Positions 9,167 through 18,894 of a DNA stretch of 21,610 bases are shown here, piece by piece; position 1 is the first letter of the stretch, and each line of letters opens with the position of its first letter. The notes beneath the pieces were generated by a model that was not told the DNA's origin, did no database searches, and saw nothing but the letters and a program-made list of their open reading frames with translations. Source of the stretch: Candidatus Scalinduaceae bacterium (GTDB lineage: Bacteria; Planctomycetota; Brocadiia; Brocadiales; Scalinduaceae). Where the stretch lies: contig JBHICG010000061.1 in NCBI GenBank assembly GCA_046759445.1, forward strand, positions 1 to 21,610. Reading direction: 5' to 3'. A program made the translations under genes and the position numbers.

Positions 9167-9243
9167 AGGGAATACAATGAAATACTTAAAGTTGGCAGAA
9201 CAATTGATGATCTTGAGCGCAGTATTTGTGTTGAACACATCTT
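9167..9243 (+). pseudogene. comM: Degenerate internal remnant of the comM 3' region
   Basis: Translates as REYNEILKVGRTIDDLERSICVEHIL, compared with comM RAYNKILKVSRTIADIDHCDNVRLEHIS. Positions 9180-9206 match 11442-11468 at 26 of 27 nt. Confidence 0.75.
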
Positions 9244-9630
9244 ATTAAAATCAAGAGCAAAATAATAACTAACCCCGATTGGCTCAAACCTGAAGAACCT
9301 TACTTCCACTATATCTCCCTGAATTGCATAGAGAATTTGGTTAACGACACTATTACAGTACAGATCAAGCAAGATAAAACATACTGCCTACAAAACGTTT
9401 AAATTAAATACAATATTCAACCATTAACCGTCTCAGTATGTATAAGATTTTAGAAAAAGATGTAACAAATTAATACACTATCTCACCATATCTTTATCGG
9501 CAAGATATTAATATTCTTTAGTGTAAAAAAGATAGAAACTAAGAGCCACAGTTACAAGTACTTACAAGTACTTGAGAAATTACTAACGAGATCATCCTTT
9601 AGGTATGTTTTTTGCGATTTATTTGGAGTA

Positions 9631-9825
9631 GTGTCTAAACCAGAAATCATACTGACAAGCACCGAAAAAAATGCCTTCTTTTATAGGAACAGAAAAACAT
9701 TCGAAGAGATGGACTATGGTTGTGATATTGATGAGGATGCTCATGGTAATAAAACATTAATTGCTTTTTACTCACCTTCGACGACAAGTTGTGTGATATG
9801 TCATGATTTTCAGACAAACACATAA
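9631..9825 (+). CDS. Small hypothetical ORF containing CxxCH
   Basis: GGAG lies only ~2 nt before the GTG, so the RBS is weak. CVICH is near the C-terminus. May be a gene fragment. Confidence 0.3.
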   Translation: MSKPEIILTSTEKNAFFYRNRKTFEEMDYGCDIDEDAHGNKTLIAFYSPSTTSCVICHDFQTNT

Positions 9826-9869
9826 TAACAGAAAAAATTCTTAATTACTTAGATAGGAGGATATATGTA

Positions 9870-10304
9870 GTGAATAAAGAGATGATGCAAACGGTAGCAA
9901 TGATGTTTCTTTTTATTATCTTTACCGGGGTAATAGTATTGCTAGGTTTTGACTGGAGAGGGTTTCATATTCCCACCAAGTTTCAATTCTGCTTAGCAGT
10001 ACTTCTTTTTTTGGTCTTTCGTTTTCTTTTCAGCAATCACGAGACTTTTGGCCAGTTTAGAAAAATGTATCGCAAAGAAGTGGACGGAAGAAAGAAGCAT
10101 CGCAGAAAAATAGATAAAATAAATACTATTTTACCTGCTCTAAAAGATGTAAATCAAGAGGCTTATGAGAAGTTTAAAAAAATGCTTGCTCTGTGTATAG
10201 AAAAGTATCCTGAAAAATTAGACAGAAGAAAGACGTATCGCAGAGAAGCAGACAAATCAAATACTTTTAGACTTGACCTAAGAGAGATAAAAGTATTAAG
10301 TTAA
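9870..10304 (+). CDS. Hypothetical two-TM membrane protein with a basic C-terminus
   Basis: RBS AGGAGG upstream and two hydrophobic helices. Confidence 0.6.
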   Translation: MNKEMMQTVAMMFLFIIFTGVIVLLGFDWRGFHIPTKFQFCLAVLLFLVFRFLFSNHETFGQFRKMYRKEVDGRKKHRRKIDKINTILPALKDVNQEAYEKFKKMLALCIEKYPEKLDRRKTYRREADKSNTFRLDLREIKVLS

Positions 10305-10628
10305 TTTTAATGTGAAAAATAAATAAGTAAATTGAAAAAATTATTATTTAGTTTGACTCTAAGAAAAAATCTTTTATCCATATCTAATTTGTTTTTTTAA
10401 AATCTAAAATAGCATCCTCAGTTCAATCTTTTTTATCATTATTTGAGATTTTTGTTAAAACCCTTAAGCTAAACTGTACTTTAAGTTCAACTTACTATTA
10501 AAGCTTACAGAATAAATAAATGCATACTGAAGTTTTCTAACCTTATGTTAATGCAAGACACCTAATATTTGGCAAGGTAGTTTAAATATAAGTATTTTTG
10601 TATATAACTTCAATTATCCTCAAGGGTA

Positions 10629-11084
10629 TCAGTGTCCAGAAGAATTAGGTGTGAAGAAGGCGGTTAAATCTTTTAAAAGTCTTTCAGAAGGTTTCCGTTT
10701 ATCTCTTTCCCACTTACTTAGGGTACATGGGTCAATATCCAGTTTATGGGCCAACTTCTTTTGGCTTAAACCATGTAGCTTGCGGTAAACAACTATTCTT
10801 TCTCCGACAGATAGGTTTGATGTGTTAAATGGCACATATCCCAGGAACTCAATGATCTTTGGAATGTACCTTAGAGCTGGTTTTGTTAGGTTATTTTCCC
10901 AGTTATAGACGGAAGTTTCACCGACACCGAGCTTTTGAGCCACATCTTTTTGAAGCAGCTTGAGATCAAGGCGTCTTTTCCTCAGGTGATCGCCTAAAGT
11001 CTTAATTGTTTGAGGATAAGCACTTGGAAGTGGTTTTTGAGCCTTGAGTCTAATTTGGCAAAAAGGCAACGCAGGTATGCCCAT
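10629..11084 (-). CDS. Tandem XRE-family HTH regulator at the island end
   Basis: Two HTH_3 units: LGDHLRKRRLDL...QKDVAQKLGV...VYNWE and VGERIVVYRKLHGLSQKKLA...LSKWE. The nearest ATG (11084) lies in comM sequence across the junction. Confidence 0.85.
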   Translation of the reverse strand: MGIPALPFCQIRLKAQKPLPSAYPQTIKTLGDHLRKRRLDLKLLQKDVAQKLGVGETSVYNWENNLTKPALRYIPKIIEFLGYVPFNTSNLSVGERIVVYRKLHGLSQKKLAHKLDIDPCTLSKWERDKRKPSERLLKDLTAFFTPNSSGH

Positions 11085-11557
11085 GCGGCTACCATACTGA
11101 TCCCAGGAAAGAATGTCATTGTACACCACGACAGATTCAAAATTATATTTCCAGGATTTCTGGCCCTTTACTTGACAGGATTGATATTCATGTTGATGTC
11201 CCTAACGTGGAGTATAAGGACCTAACATCTACTTCAGCTAGTGTATCATCAGAAGAAATTAGGGGAAAAATTACAGAAGCGAGAAATATACAACTGGAAC
11301 GATTTAAAGGGCTTAAATACTCAACCAATTCTCGTATGTCCACAAAACAGATAAAAAAACATTGCCTACTGGATAATCAGGCTGAAGAACTGCTTCATCA
11401 GGCCATGACAGAACTCTGCATCTCTGCAAGAGCATATAATAAAATACTTAAAGTTAGCAGAACAATTGCAGATATCGACCACTGTGATAATGTTAGGTTA
11501 GAGCACATATCGGAGGCAATTCAGTACAGAAGTCTGGATAGAAACTTATGGAAATAA
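11078..11557 (+). pseudogene. comM: 3' fragment of the comM/yifB Mg-chelatase-like AAA+ ATPase, interrupted by the island
   Basis: In frame from 11078: CPCGYHTDPRKECHCTPRQIQNYISRISGPLLDRIDIHVDVP...ARNIQLERF...SARAYNKILKVSRTIAD...EAIQYRSLDR. The preceding AMNP is absent. Confidence 0.92.
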
Positions 11558-11787
11558 GACTCTCTATTATTTAAATAGACCTTATTAGATTTACATAATT
11601 TATATAACCGTTTTGATTTATAATAAAATTGACCCGTTCTTGAAAATGCATATGGCAACTTACTGTAGCTGGAGGTTTGAATGATTTTGCAAGAACGTAT
11701 TTCAGCATATATCTGTCTTAGCATATGTCTTGACAAACTATTGAACGTATGATAAATTAAATTTGAATATATTTATTAATTTTTCGG

Positions 11788-12714
11788 GTGAATATTAAAA
11801 TGAAAAGATTGTTAATTTTCCAAATACTGTTTGTTTCTTTTCTGCAGATTTCCTTTGATGTTCCTGCTTATGGTGAAAGTAAGTTTTCTCAACACTATAA
11901 TAAGGCCATTGAGTATTATAAACAGGGCAAATATGACCAGGCGAGAGTAAAGTTTGAAAAGGCATTAGAATCAAAGCCTAATGATGCTTATGCCCTTTAT
12001 GGTTTAGGGAATACACATTATTGTAATGCAAATTATGATGAAGCCATTAAAATATATACCAAGGCTATCAAAATAAATCCAAACTATCCAAAACTGCATT
12101 ATTCATTGTCTTTGGCTTATAGCAAGATGGGAATGACAAGTAATGCTGAAAAGGAAAAGGAGATATTCAGGGAGTTAACGCAGGGAGGAAAGAGAGTGGG
12201 AAAAGCGCCGACACGAGCGAAGTCTTCTCAAACTAGAAAGGAAAGTAAAGAAGCAGTAGGTGAGGTAAAGAAAGATAGAATTGTTGAAACCGAAAAAGAG
12301 TCAATACTCAGGAAGAAGAAACGGACTGAAGCTCTGGTTAAACTTGGCGAAAGGGATGCATCGCAAGCATTAGTTAAACAGCGAGGAAAAAGACAGCAGG
12401 AGAGAGTCGTTAAAGAGATTCAAAGGATGCCTGTTACGAAAAAAGGCGCCAAGACAGAAGAGGCTCAAACAGTTTTTAAGGGTTATACACAAGAAACAGC
12501 AAAAGCAAAACCACGTGTGTATGTTAAGAAATATCAAGAGACATATAGTCTTAAATCTAAACCATTAATGTATATTAAGGAAAGTTGGAATAAATCAAGC
12601 ATAAATAAGATATTAATTTGCACTTTGAGTTATGTTTTTGCAACGCAAATGTGGCTTTGTGCAGTAGCATTTTTTGGCGTCATAATTTGGAGGATTCGAA
12701 AGCAAACTGAATAA
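11788..12714 (+). CDS. TPR protein with an N-terminal signal/TM segment and a C-terminal TM helix
   Basis: About three TPR repeats (HYNKAIEYYKQGKYDQA; ALYGLGNTHY...YDEAIKIYTKAIKINP), a charged linker and a hydrophobic C-terminus. TTGACA at 11730 is upstream. Confidence 0.85.
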   Translation: MNIKMKRLLIFQILFVSFLQISFDVPAYGESKFSQHYNKAIEYYKQGKYDQARVKFEKALESKPNDAYALYGLGNTHYCNANYDEAIKIYTKAIKINPNYPKLHYSLSLAYSKMGMTSNAEKEKEIFRELTQGGKRVGKAPTRAKSSQTRKESKEAVGEVKKDRIVETEKESILRKKKRTEALVKLGERDASQALVKQRGKRQQERVVKEIQRMPVTKKGAKTEEAQTVFKGYTQETAKAKPRVYVKKYQETYSLKSKPLMYIKESWNKSSINKILICTLSYVFATQMWLCAVAFFGVIIWRIRKQTE

Positions 12715-12764
12715 TTAAGAAATTTAAGTTGTTTTATATTTAAGTTTCTGCAAGGAATCATTGA

Positions 12765-13673
12765 TTAAGCAATTATAATCCTCAATTTGTGAACTTTTCC
12801 TTGTTTCACTAAAAGAAAATCATACAAGTCTTCTATTTTAGAAACCATCGTTTTAGCATCAAAGTTTTCATCACATATTATTTTCCCTTTATGACCCATT
12901 TCTTCCATATGTTCTCTGTTATCCAATAAGTCATTCATTGCGCCATAAAGTTCTTCCTTTAGCGATCCATCTCCTACCAATAAAAAGCTTATGTTTTTTA
13001 TCGTTTCTAGTAAAAGTGAAGCAGCCTTTATTAGATAAATAACTCCTTTATGTTTTTCCATGTGTGTTATCGTACATATAACTGAATGATTAATTGGGAT
13101 ACCTAGTTCTTCTTTAAGGCTATTAGTTTCTCTTCCTGTTGCAAAGCAGATATTGTCTATGCCATTATGAATGGTTAGTAATTTTTTGGAATCAATTCCC
13201 TGAAGTTTATTAGCAAATCCCTTTGCCACATCAGAGACACAAATTATTCTGTCAGTAATGTGACTTAAGAACCATTCAACAAAGTTATAATATTTATTAT
13301 AGTAGTTATAAACACTATGATTGTGAGATATGATTACGGGAACTCCAGCAAGGAATGCGGATATTCTACCGATTGTTCCCGCAGAGTAGGCATGGGTGTG
13401 TATTATGTCAAAATTGTTGCTTTTAAGAAGTTTGCATAGTTTACAAATACTTAAAGGGTTTCGAGAGGTGGAAATGTGAATAATTTTAACTTCAATCCCT
13501 TCTTTTATTAGTTTGTCTGCAAAAAATCCACCTTCCCTGAGACACCAAACATGAACGTTGTACTTGCTCTTATTCAAGCCTAATGCTATTGTTGACAGAA
13601 CCCTTTCAAGGCCACCAATTGTTAATTCTTCAACAAGATGCACAACATTGATTTTCTTTTTATGAGTTGACAT
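12765..13673 (-). pseudogene. GT4 (GT-B) glycosyltransferase with an in-frame internal deletion
   Basis: Has IGGLERV, DIIHTH, IHNGID, KGVIYLIKA and LLVGDG, then jumps directly to the C-terminal helices. The E-x7-E donor-binding motif is absent. Likely start is ATG 13673. Confidence 0.7.
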
Positions 13674-13790
13674 GGAATATTGGAATATTGACTTCCATCG
13701 GTCTTTTAATCCCTTGTGGTTCATGAAATACATGGGGTTGGTGTTAATCTGGTTGTCCGAGAATCAGCGAAAACCCATTTTGTCATCTCT

Positions 13791-13844
13791 CAACCCTGAC
13801 CTGCCCACCAGACAGCTTGTCGGGCTTGTCGCCAGGACAGGTTG
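13791..13844. repeat. Imperfect palindromic REP-like element
   Basis: The arms CAACCCTGACCTG...CAGGACAGGTTG enclose an inner GACAGC/GCTTGTC pair. Intergenic. Confidence 0.45.
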
Positions 13845-13859
13845 TGCAGAATCTACCAA

Positions 13860-14535
13860 AAGCTCATTTCTGAAAAAGGACTTGTTTCTAAAATTGAGGA
13901 TTCCATTAGGTGCTGTGAGGAAAATGGCCAGCCGGACGTAGTCAATCTAGCGGGTTTGTTAAAGGAAGTTATTTTGAAAGAAAAACATTGGCAAAGATGA
14001 TAGGTTAATCGTTTTGATGGATTTGTTTAAAAATCTCGAATTTGAGAGTCTTAACTCATTCCTCTCCTGTATCGAGCAAGTCATAAATACTGATGCTGAT
14101 AAATTATCAGAAATGGGAAGAAATTTATTTCTCACATGGGATGATATAAAATCTATGTACTGGGATGGCATTACGTTTGGCGCACACACAATGAATCATG
14201 TAACCCTTACTTGCGAGTCTTTAGACTCAGCAAGGGAGGAAATTGTGAAATCCAAGAGAATAATAGAAGATGAAACCGGTAGGGAGGTGAGGCATTTCAG
14301 CTATCCTAATGGAAGATGGAATGCCAAAATTAAGAAAATAGTTATGGAGTCTTTTTTATCTGCTTGTACGACTGAAGGAGGATTTGTGTCGAAAGGATCA
14401 GATGCCTATGGCCTAAACAGGATAGGACTAAACGAGGAAATGATTACAGACCTGAAGGGCAATTTTTCTAAATATATGTTTACTTTTTCTATATTTATCG
14501 AGACACTGAAAAAGTCTTCCCATCATGATGTATAA
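13860..14535 (+). pseudogene. 5'-truncated, frameshifted polysaccharide deacetylase (NodB domain)
   Basis: Has LTWDDI, FGAHTMNH and FSYPNG but no TFDDG motif. An upstream frame (KLISEKG...LLKEVILKE) joins through a shift near 13980. Confidence 0.7.
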
Positions 14536-14593
14536 GGCAATTCAGTTATATATATCCAAAAAACTATTAAAGAACATTATACAGAAATCAGAT

Positions 14594-15880
14594 CTATGTT
14601 AGGGTTCTTATAGCCTTTCTTTTGTCTTTCCATTTGCAGGGGCCAATTACAATAAGATTGCGTTTTTCAGGTACAAAAATTTCTTTCATTACCTGGTAGA
14701 CTTGCTCTCTCTTTACATTTCTAACCTTTTCTGCCAGATTTTCGGGTGTTTCCGGGATTTGTGGACATAATAATAACTCCTCCACTCCAAACCAGTTTAC
14801 CATTGCGAGGGGGCCGTCCATAATAAGCTGCATCTGGCTAAAAACCCTTTCCTCCGTCCTTTTTAGATCTTCGTCACTAATGCCGTTTCTTAGTAGTTTG
14901 TTAATCTCGTCCATAACGGCCGTTAACGTCTTTGAGAAATTGTTAGTGTGTGTTGAGGTGTAAATGTCTATTGACCCCACATCGGAAAACATTGTTGGGT
15001 AGGAGGATATTTCATAAACAAGCCCAAGTTTCTCGCGTATGTTTGAAACAAGTCTTGAACTGATTCCACCGCCAAGTATGTCAGTTATAATAAGGACTAT
15101 GACTACGTTTTTATGTTTATATGGGTATGCCTTATGACAGAGCTTAAGACTTATCATATGTGCGGGTGATTTCTTGAAGACATGTCGAGGTGATGTTTGC
15201 TTATTTGTTATTGGCGGTTTCTTGACCTTATATTTACCTTGAAAGTTGTCGTAAATCTTTCTTACAAAATTGCTTGTCTTGTCTTTTTTGAAGTTACCAC
15301 TTATGCATATTACGACATTTTCAGGCACAAAGAATTTCTTATAATGAGTAGTTAATTCATCTTTTGTAATGGCAGATAGAGTTTTTTCGTCACCTATGGA
15401 TGCTATGTCTATTGAGTTTTCTTTCCACATAAGATTGTAACTAATGTCATCTATACATATGTAGTCACCCTTAGCATCCTTGAACTGTCCGATTTCTTCT
15501 TTCAAGATTAATCTTTCTGTTTCTATGTCATTAACGTTAAAATTACCTCCAAGTAAGATATCGCTGAGTATCTTTAACCCGTTTTCCAGATATTTGTTTA
15601 GTACCTGGATTGTAACTGCAGAATATTCAGGCGCTGTGTATGCGTCAATGTCTCCACCAATATCGTCAATAGACTTAAACAATTCATAAGAGTTTTCAAA
15701 TCTTCTTGTGCCCCTGAAAAGCATATGTTCGAGGAAGTGGGAGATTCCTAGTTGTTCATTGTTCTCAAATCTGGAACCCATACCAACGTAGCTGGCAATT
15801 ACAACGGAATGGATATGTGGTATTTCTATATATATCACTCTCAGACCATTGGCTAACACTTCCTTTGAATATTTATACAT
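14594..15880 (-). CDS. M16B zinc peptidase (pitrilysin family)
   Basis: LANGLRV, GSRFE, the HFLEH (HxxEH) motif and LGGGISSRL...IREKLGLVY. Confidence 0.93.
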   Translation of the reverse strand: MYKYSKEVLANGLRVIYIEIPHIHSVVIASYVGMGSRFENNEQLGISHFLEHMLFRGTRRFENSYELFKSIDDIGGDIDAYTAPEYSAVTIQVLNKYLENGLKILSDILLGGNFNVNDIETERLILKEEIGQFKDAKGDYICIDDISYNLMWKENSIDIASIGDEKTLSAITKDELTTHYKKFFVPENVVICISGNFKKDKTSNFVRKIYDNFQGKYKVKKPPITNKQTSPRHVFKKSPAHMISLKLCHKAYPYKHKNVVIVLIITDILGGGISSRLVSNIREKLGLVYEISSYPTMFSDVGSIDIYTSTHTNNFSKTLTAVMDEINKLLRNGISDEDLKRTEERVFSQMQLIMDGPLAMVNWFGVEELLLCPQIPETPENLAEKVRNVKREQVYQVMKEIFVPEKRNLIVIGPCKWKDKRKAIRTLT

Positions 15881-15949
15881 GTTGGTTATCGTATTTAATT
15901 AAGATTGAAACTGTTAGAAATTTTGATAACATTTACGTCATCTGATTAT

Positions 15950-15973
15950 GTCTTTCCCACGAAAGTGGGAATC
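15950..15973. repeat. dRS3-like palindromic repeat
   Basis: gtctTTCCCAC-GAAA-GTGGGAAtc, resembling the Neisseria dRS3 pattern ATTCCC-N8-GGGAAT. Confidence 0.5.
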
Positions 15974-16062
15974 TGAAAGTTATTGTTTCAAAAGTATATG
16001 GGAATGAGAAAGGGTTTAATGGTCATTCCTGTGTTAACTTTCTTAATGGCTGCTAAGCAAAT

Positions 16063-16683
16063 CTACAATATTCTAACCTTTCTGTCTTCAATCCTTAATC
16101 TTCCTTCAGCAAAGAGGCGTATTGCATCAGTATATGCTATGCATTCTTCTTTAAAAACCCTTTGTGCAAGGGTATCTGGTGTGTCATCTTCATGAACGGG
16201 CACTGTTCTTTGGATTATTATTGGCCCGTGGTCATATTCATTGTCAACAAAGTGAACCGTGCAGCCTGAGACTTTGACTCCACTCTCGATTACGGCCTTG
16301 TGGACATGGTGACCGTAGTATCCCTTGCCGCAAAAGGATGGAATTAATCCTGGGTGTATATTCATCACTTTTTCCGAATATCTGTCAGGTATCTTAAAAA
16401 GGTACATGAAGCCGGCAAGTATTATTAAGTCTGCAGGATATTCTTCTATCTCCTTTATTATTGTCTTACTAAATTCTTCCGAACCGTCATAGTCGGAATA
16501 TCTAATTACGGTTGTCGGAATATTATTTTTTTCAGCTCGCTTCAAGCCATAGGCATCTGGAGAACTGCTTATCACGATTTGTATCTTGGCGTTAAGAGTT
16601 TTGTCGTCTATTTTGTCCATTAGATTTTGTAGTGTTTTACCGCTTCCGGAGATGAGTACGGCCAGATTAAGCGTTTCGGGCAT
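16063..16683 (-). CDS. purN: Phosphoribosylglycinamide formyltransferase
   Basis: LAVLISGSGKTLQ, LAGFM, MNIHPGLIPSF and GCTVHFVDNEYDHGPII. Confidence 0.96.
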   Translation of the reverse strand: MPETLNLAVLISGSGKTLQNLMDKIDDKTLNAKIQIVISSSPDAYGLKRAEKNNIPTTVIRYSDYDGSEEFSKTIIKEIEEYPADLIILAGFMYLFKIPDRYSEKVMNIHPGLIPSFCGKGYYGHHVHKAVIESGVKVSGCTVHFVDNEYDHGPIIIQRTVPVHEDDTPDTLAQRVFKEECIAYTDAIRLFAEGRLRIEDRKVRIL

Positions 16684-16858
16684 TCGTTTTTATCCTATTG
16701 TTTTGTAAATTACGTAAAGGTTAAGTTATTTAACATTTTAATTGTTGAAGCAATTTTATTAGCCATACGTTGTTTTAACTGGTTGCTATAATATTTAAAA
16801 TTATTATTTCGTTTTGAAAGACAGGCGGTATGTCATTTCTGAAAGCGCTTCACTCTGT

Positions 16859-16893
16859 GTCATCCTGAGTTGCAGAAGGCAACGAAGGATCTC
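16859..16893 (+). repeat. Bipartite REP-like repeat, copy 1
   Basis: GTCATCCTGAG-N13-CGAAGGATCTC, with an inner GTTGC/GCAAC hairpin. Confidence 0.75.
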
Positions 16894-16959
16894 GTTATAT
16901 TGTTCAGTGTAAACTCCTTGACAAAGTAATGTCAAGGGTAGATCACTCAGGTGTAAATC

Positions 16960-17244
16960 TTAAAACCATACTTCATTCAAGTCTTTCCATCTTGGATTCA
17001 CTGATTCAATCAAAGCAAGTTTCTTTTTTCGTAGCCATCCTTTAATCTGTTTTTCTCTTGTTATTGCAGACAGAACATCATTGGTTGCCTCGTAATAGAC
17101 CAGTTTCGTTATTTTATACTTATTCGTAAATCCTTTAACCAGATGATGTTTATGTTCAAAAACACGGCGTTCTAAGTTATTCGTTACACCTGTGTAGAGG
17201 GTTTTTGATTTGTTTGTCATGATGTATACGTAATACTGTCGCAT
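16960..17244 (-). CDS. Small GIY-YIG nuclease (UPF0213/YhbQ-like)
   Basis: YYVYIM...LYTGVT...RRVFEH, FTNKY, LVYYE and AITREKQIKGW. Confidence 0.93.
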   Translation of the reverse strand: MRQYYVYIMTNKSKTLYTGVTNNLERRVFEHKHHLVKGFTNKYKITKLVYYEATNDVLSAITREKQIKGWLRKKKLALIESVNPRWKDLNEVWF

Positions 17245-17271
17245 TTCACTTGCCTTTAGTGTAACGAGTAA

Positions 17272-17298
17272 GAGACCCTTCGCTATACTCAGGGTGAC
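17272..17298 (-). repeat. Bipartite REP-like repeat, copy 2 (inverted)
   Basis: The reverse complement is GTCACCCTGAG-N5-CGAAGGGTCTC. Confidence 0.75.
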
Positions 17299-17362
17299 AA
17301 AAAAGGCAATTTTGAACTGTCCTTGCTAAGTATCTCTTTTATTGTTCTGGATATTTCTTTTC

Positions 17363-17398
17363 GTTATTCTGAGGTAAGCGAAGCGACCGAAGAATCTC
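17363..17398 (+). repeat. Bipartite REP-like repeat, copy 3
   Basis: GTTATTCTGAG-N14-CGAAGAATCTC. Confidence 0.7.
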
Positions 17399-17517
17399 AC
17401 TCTGGATAAGCTCATAAAAGAACTTTTGTAGGTCTAAATGACTGAGTATGGTAAACAGTCGGCTTCATTTATATTTACAAAACATACTACTTAAGAAATA
17501 TTTGTGATTAACAATTG

Positions 17518-18894
17518 TTATTTCTTTGGTTTTGGCAAATCCTCTATTGTCTTCAATGCACTTTGAATGTCTTCATCAGGCAGATAATAATCTTTTAGCT
17601 TACCGGACAAGTAGGTGTCATAAGCGCCCATATCAAAGTGTCCGTGTCCGCTTAAACCAAATAGTATTGTTTTTTGTTTATCTTCTTTCTTACATCGATT
17701 TGCCTCATCAATTGCAGCCTTAATTGCATGGGCTGCTTCCGGAGCAGGGATTATACCTTCCGTCTTTGCAAAGAGAAGGGCAGCTTCAAATACTTCTAAT
17801 TGATGATAGGCAACGACTTCAATAAGGTTGTCATTTAATAGTTGACTGACGATTGGCGATACTCCATGGTAACGCAGTCCGCCTGCATGTATCCCAGGTG
17901 GTATGAAATCATGACCAAGTGTATGCATTGGCATTAATGGCGTGAGTTTGTTGCTATCACCATAATCATATGCAAATATGCCCCTTGTCAAAGTTGGGCA
18001 GGCAGATGGCTCAACGGCTAATATACGCAATTCTTTTGCAGCTTTCTTATTTATTTTGTCTTGCAGGAATGGAAAACTTAGCCCGGCGAAATTACTACCA
18101 CCACCACAGCATCCAATAATTACGTCAGGATAATCTCCCGTCATTTCCATTTGTTTTTTTGCCTCTAGTCCAATTATTGTTTGATGGTGAAGGACGTGAT
18201 TCAATACGCTACCGAGTGAATATTTGGAGTCTTTCTTTAGTAAGGCATCCTCCACTGCTTCTCCAATTGCGATGCCAAGACTCCCTGGCGATTCTGGATC
18301 TTTTTCCAAAATTTTCTCTCCGGTACAAGTATTCTTGCTGGGACTCGCTATTACTTTAGCGCCCCAGGCCTCCATCATCGAACGGCGGTAAGGTTTCTGA
18401 TTATAACTTAACTTTACCATATAAATGGTGCACTCAAGACCAAAAAGACTGCAAGCCAGACTCAGGGCGCTTCCCCATTGTCCGGCGCCTGTTTCTGTCG
18501 TCAGACGTTTTACACCGGCTTTTTTGTTATAATAGGCTTGTGGTATGGATGTATTTGGTTTATGACTGCCTGCAGGACTTACAGATTCGTTTTTGTAATA
18601 AATCTTTGCAGGTGTATCCAACACTCTTTCAAGCATTGTGGCTCTATGGAGGGGTGTTGGACGCCACAGTTTATAAATGTCAATAATCTTCCCAGGTATA
18701 TCTATCCAGCTTTCATTACTTGTTTCCTGTAAAATTAACTCCATCGGAAATAAAGGTGTTAGGTCATCGGGAACGATTGGATTATTTGTTGTGGGATTAA
18801 GTGGGGGCTGTGGTGGATTTGGCAATTCAGGTATTATGTTGTACCATTTAGTTGGTATATTGCTTTCATCCAATATGATTTTCTTCTTGATCAT
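17518..18894 (-). CDS. trpB2: TrpB2-type tryptophan synthase beta-like PLP enzyme
   Basis: [24 protein letters not shown] (PLP lysine), [28 protein letters not shown] and LSGHGHFD. Confidence 0.95.
   Translation of the reverse strand: MIKKKIILDESNIPTKWYNIIPELPNPPQPPLNPTTNNPIVPDDLTPLFPMELILQETSNESWIDIPGKIIDIYKLWRPTPLHRATMLERVLDTPAKIYYKNESVSPAGSHKPNTSIPQAYYNKKAGVKRLTTETGAGQWGSALSLACSLFGLECTIYMVKLSYNQKPYRRSMMEAWGAKVIASPSKNTCTGEKILEKDPESPGSLGIAIGEAVEDALLKKDSKYSLGSVLNHVLHHQTIIGLEAKKQMEMTGDYPDVIIGCCGGGSNFAGLSFPFLQDKINKKAAKELRILAVEPSACPTLTRGIFAYDYGDSNKLTPLMPMHTLGHDFIPPGIHAGGLRYHGVSPIVSQLLNDNLIEVVAYHQLEVFEAALLFAKTEGIIPAPEAAHAIKAAIDEANRCKKEDKQKTILFGLSGHGHFDMGAYDTYLSGKLKDYYLPDEDIQSALKTIEDLPKPKK

Larger units (their letters stand above)
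1..11077. mobile_element. Right part of an integrative island inserted in comM (left end outside the window)
   Basis: comM coding sequence begins abruptly at 11078 (TGC CCA TGC GGC = CPCG), with unrelated sequence to its left. That left side holds a transposase, R-M genes, a cassette-like gene, a T4CP-like ATPase and an XRE gene. comM is an established integration hotspot. No integrase is visible in the window. Confidence 0.8.

Noticed and set aside
3417..9372. Antisense ORFs 3417-3848, 4645-4911, 5934-6128, 8102-8323, 8175-8489 and 9112-9372
   Set aside because: Shadow frames of well-supported opposite-strand genes, or overlapping the comM remnant.
11010..11736. ORFs 11010..11225 and 11521..11736, the 11207 start as an independent gene, and the 11129 start for the HTH gene
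   Set aside because: Explained by the comM fragment, which is in frame from 11078. The HTH extension is antisense comM sequence.
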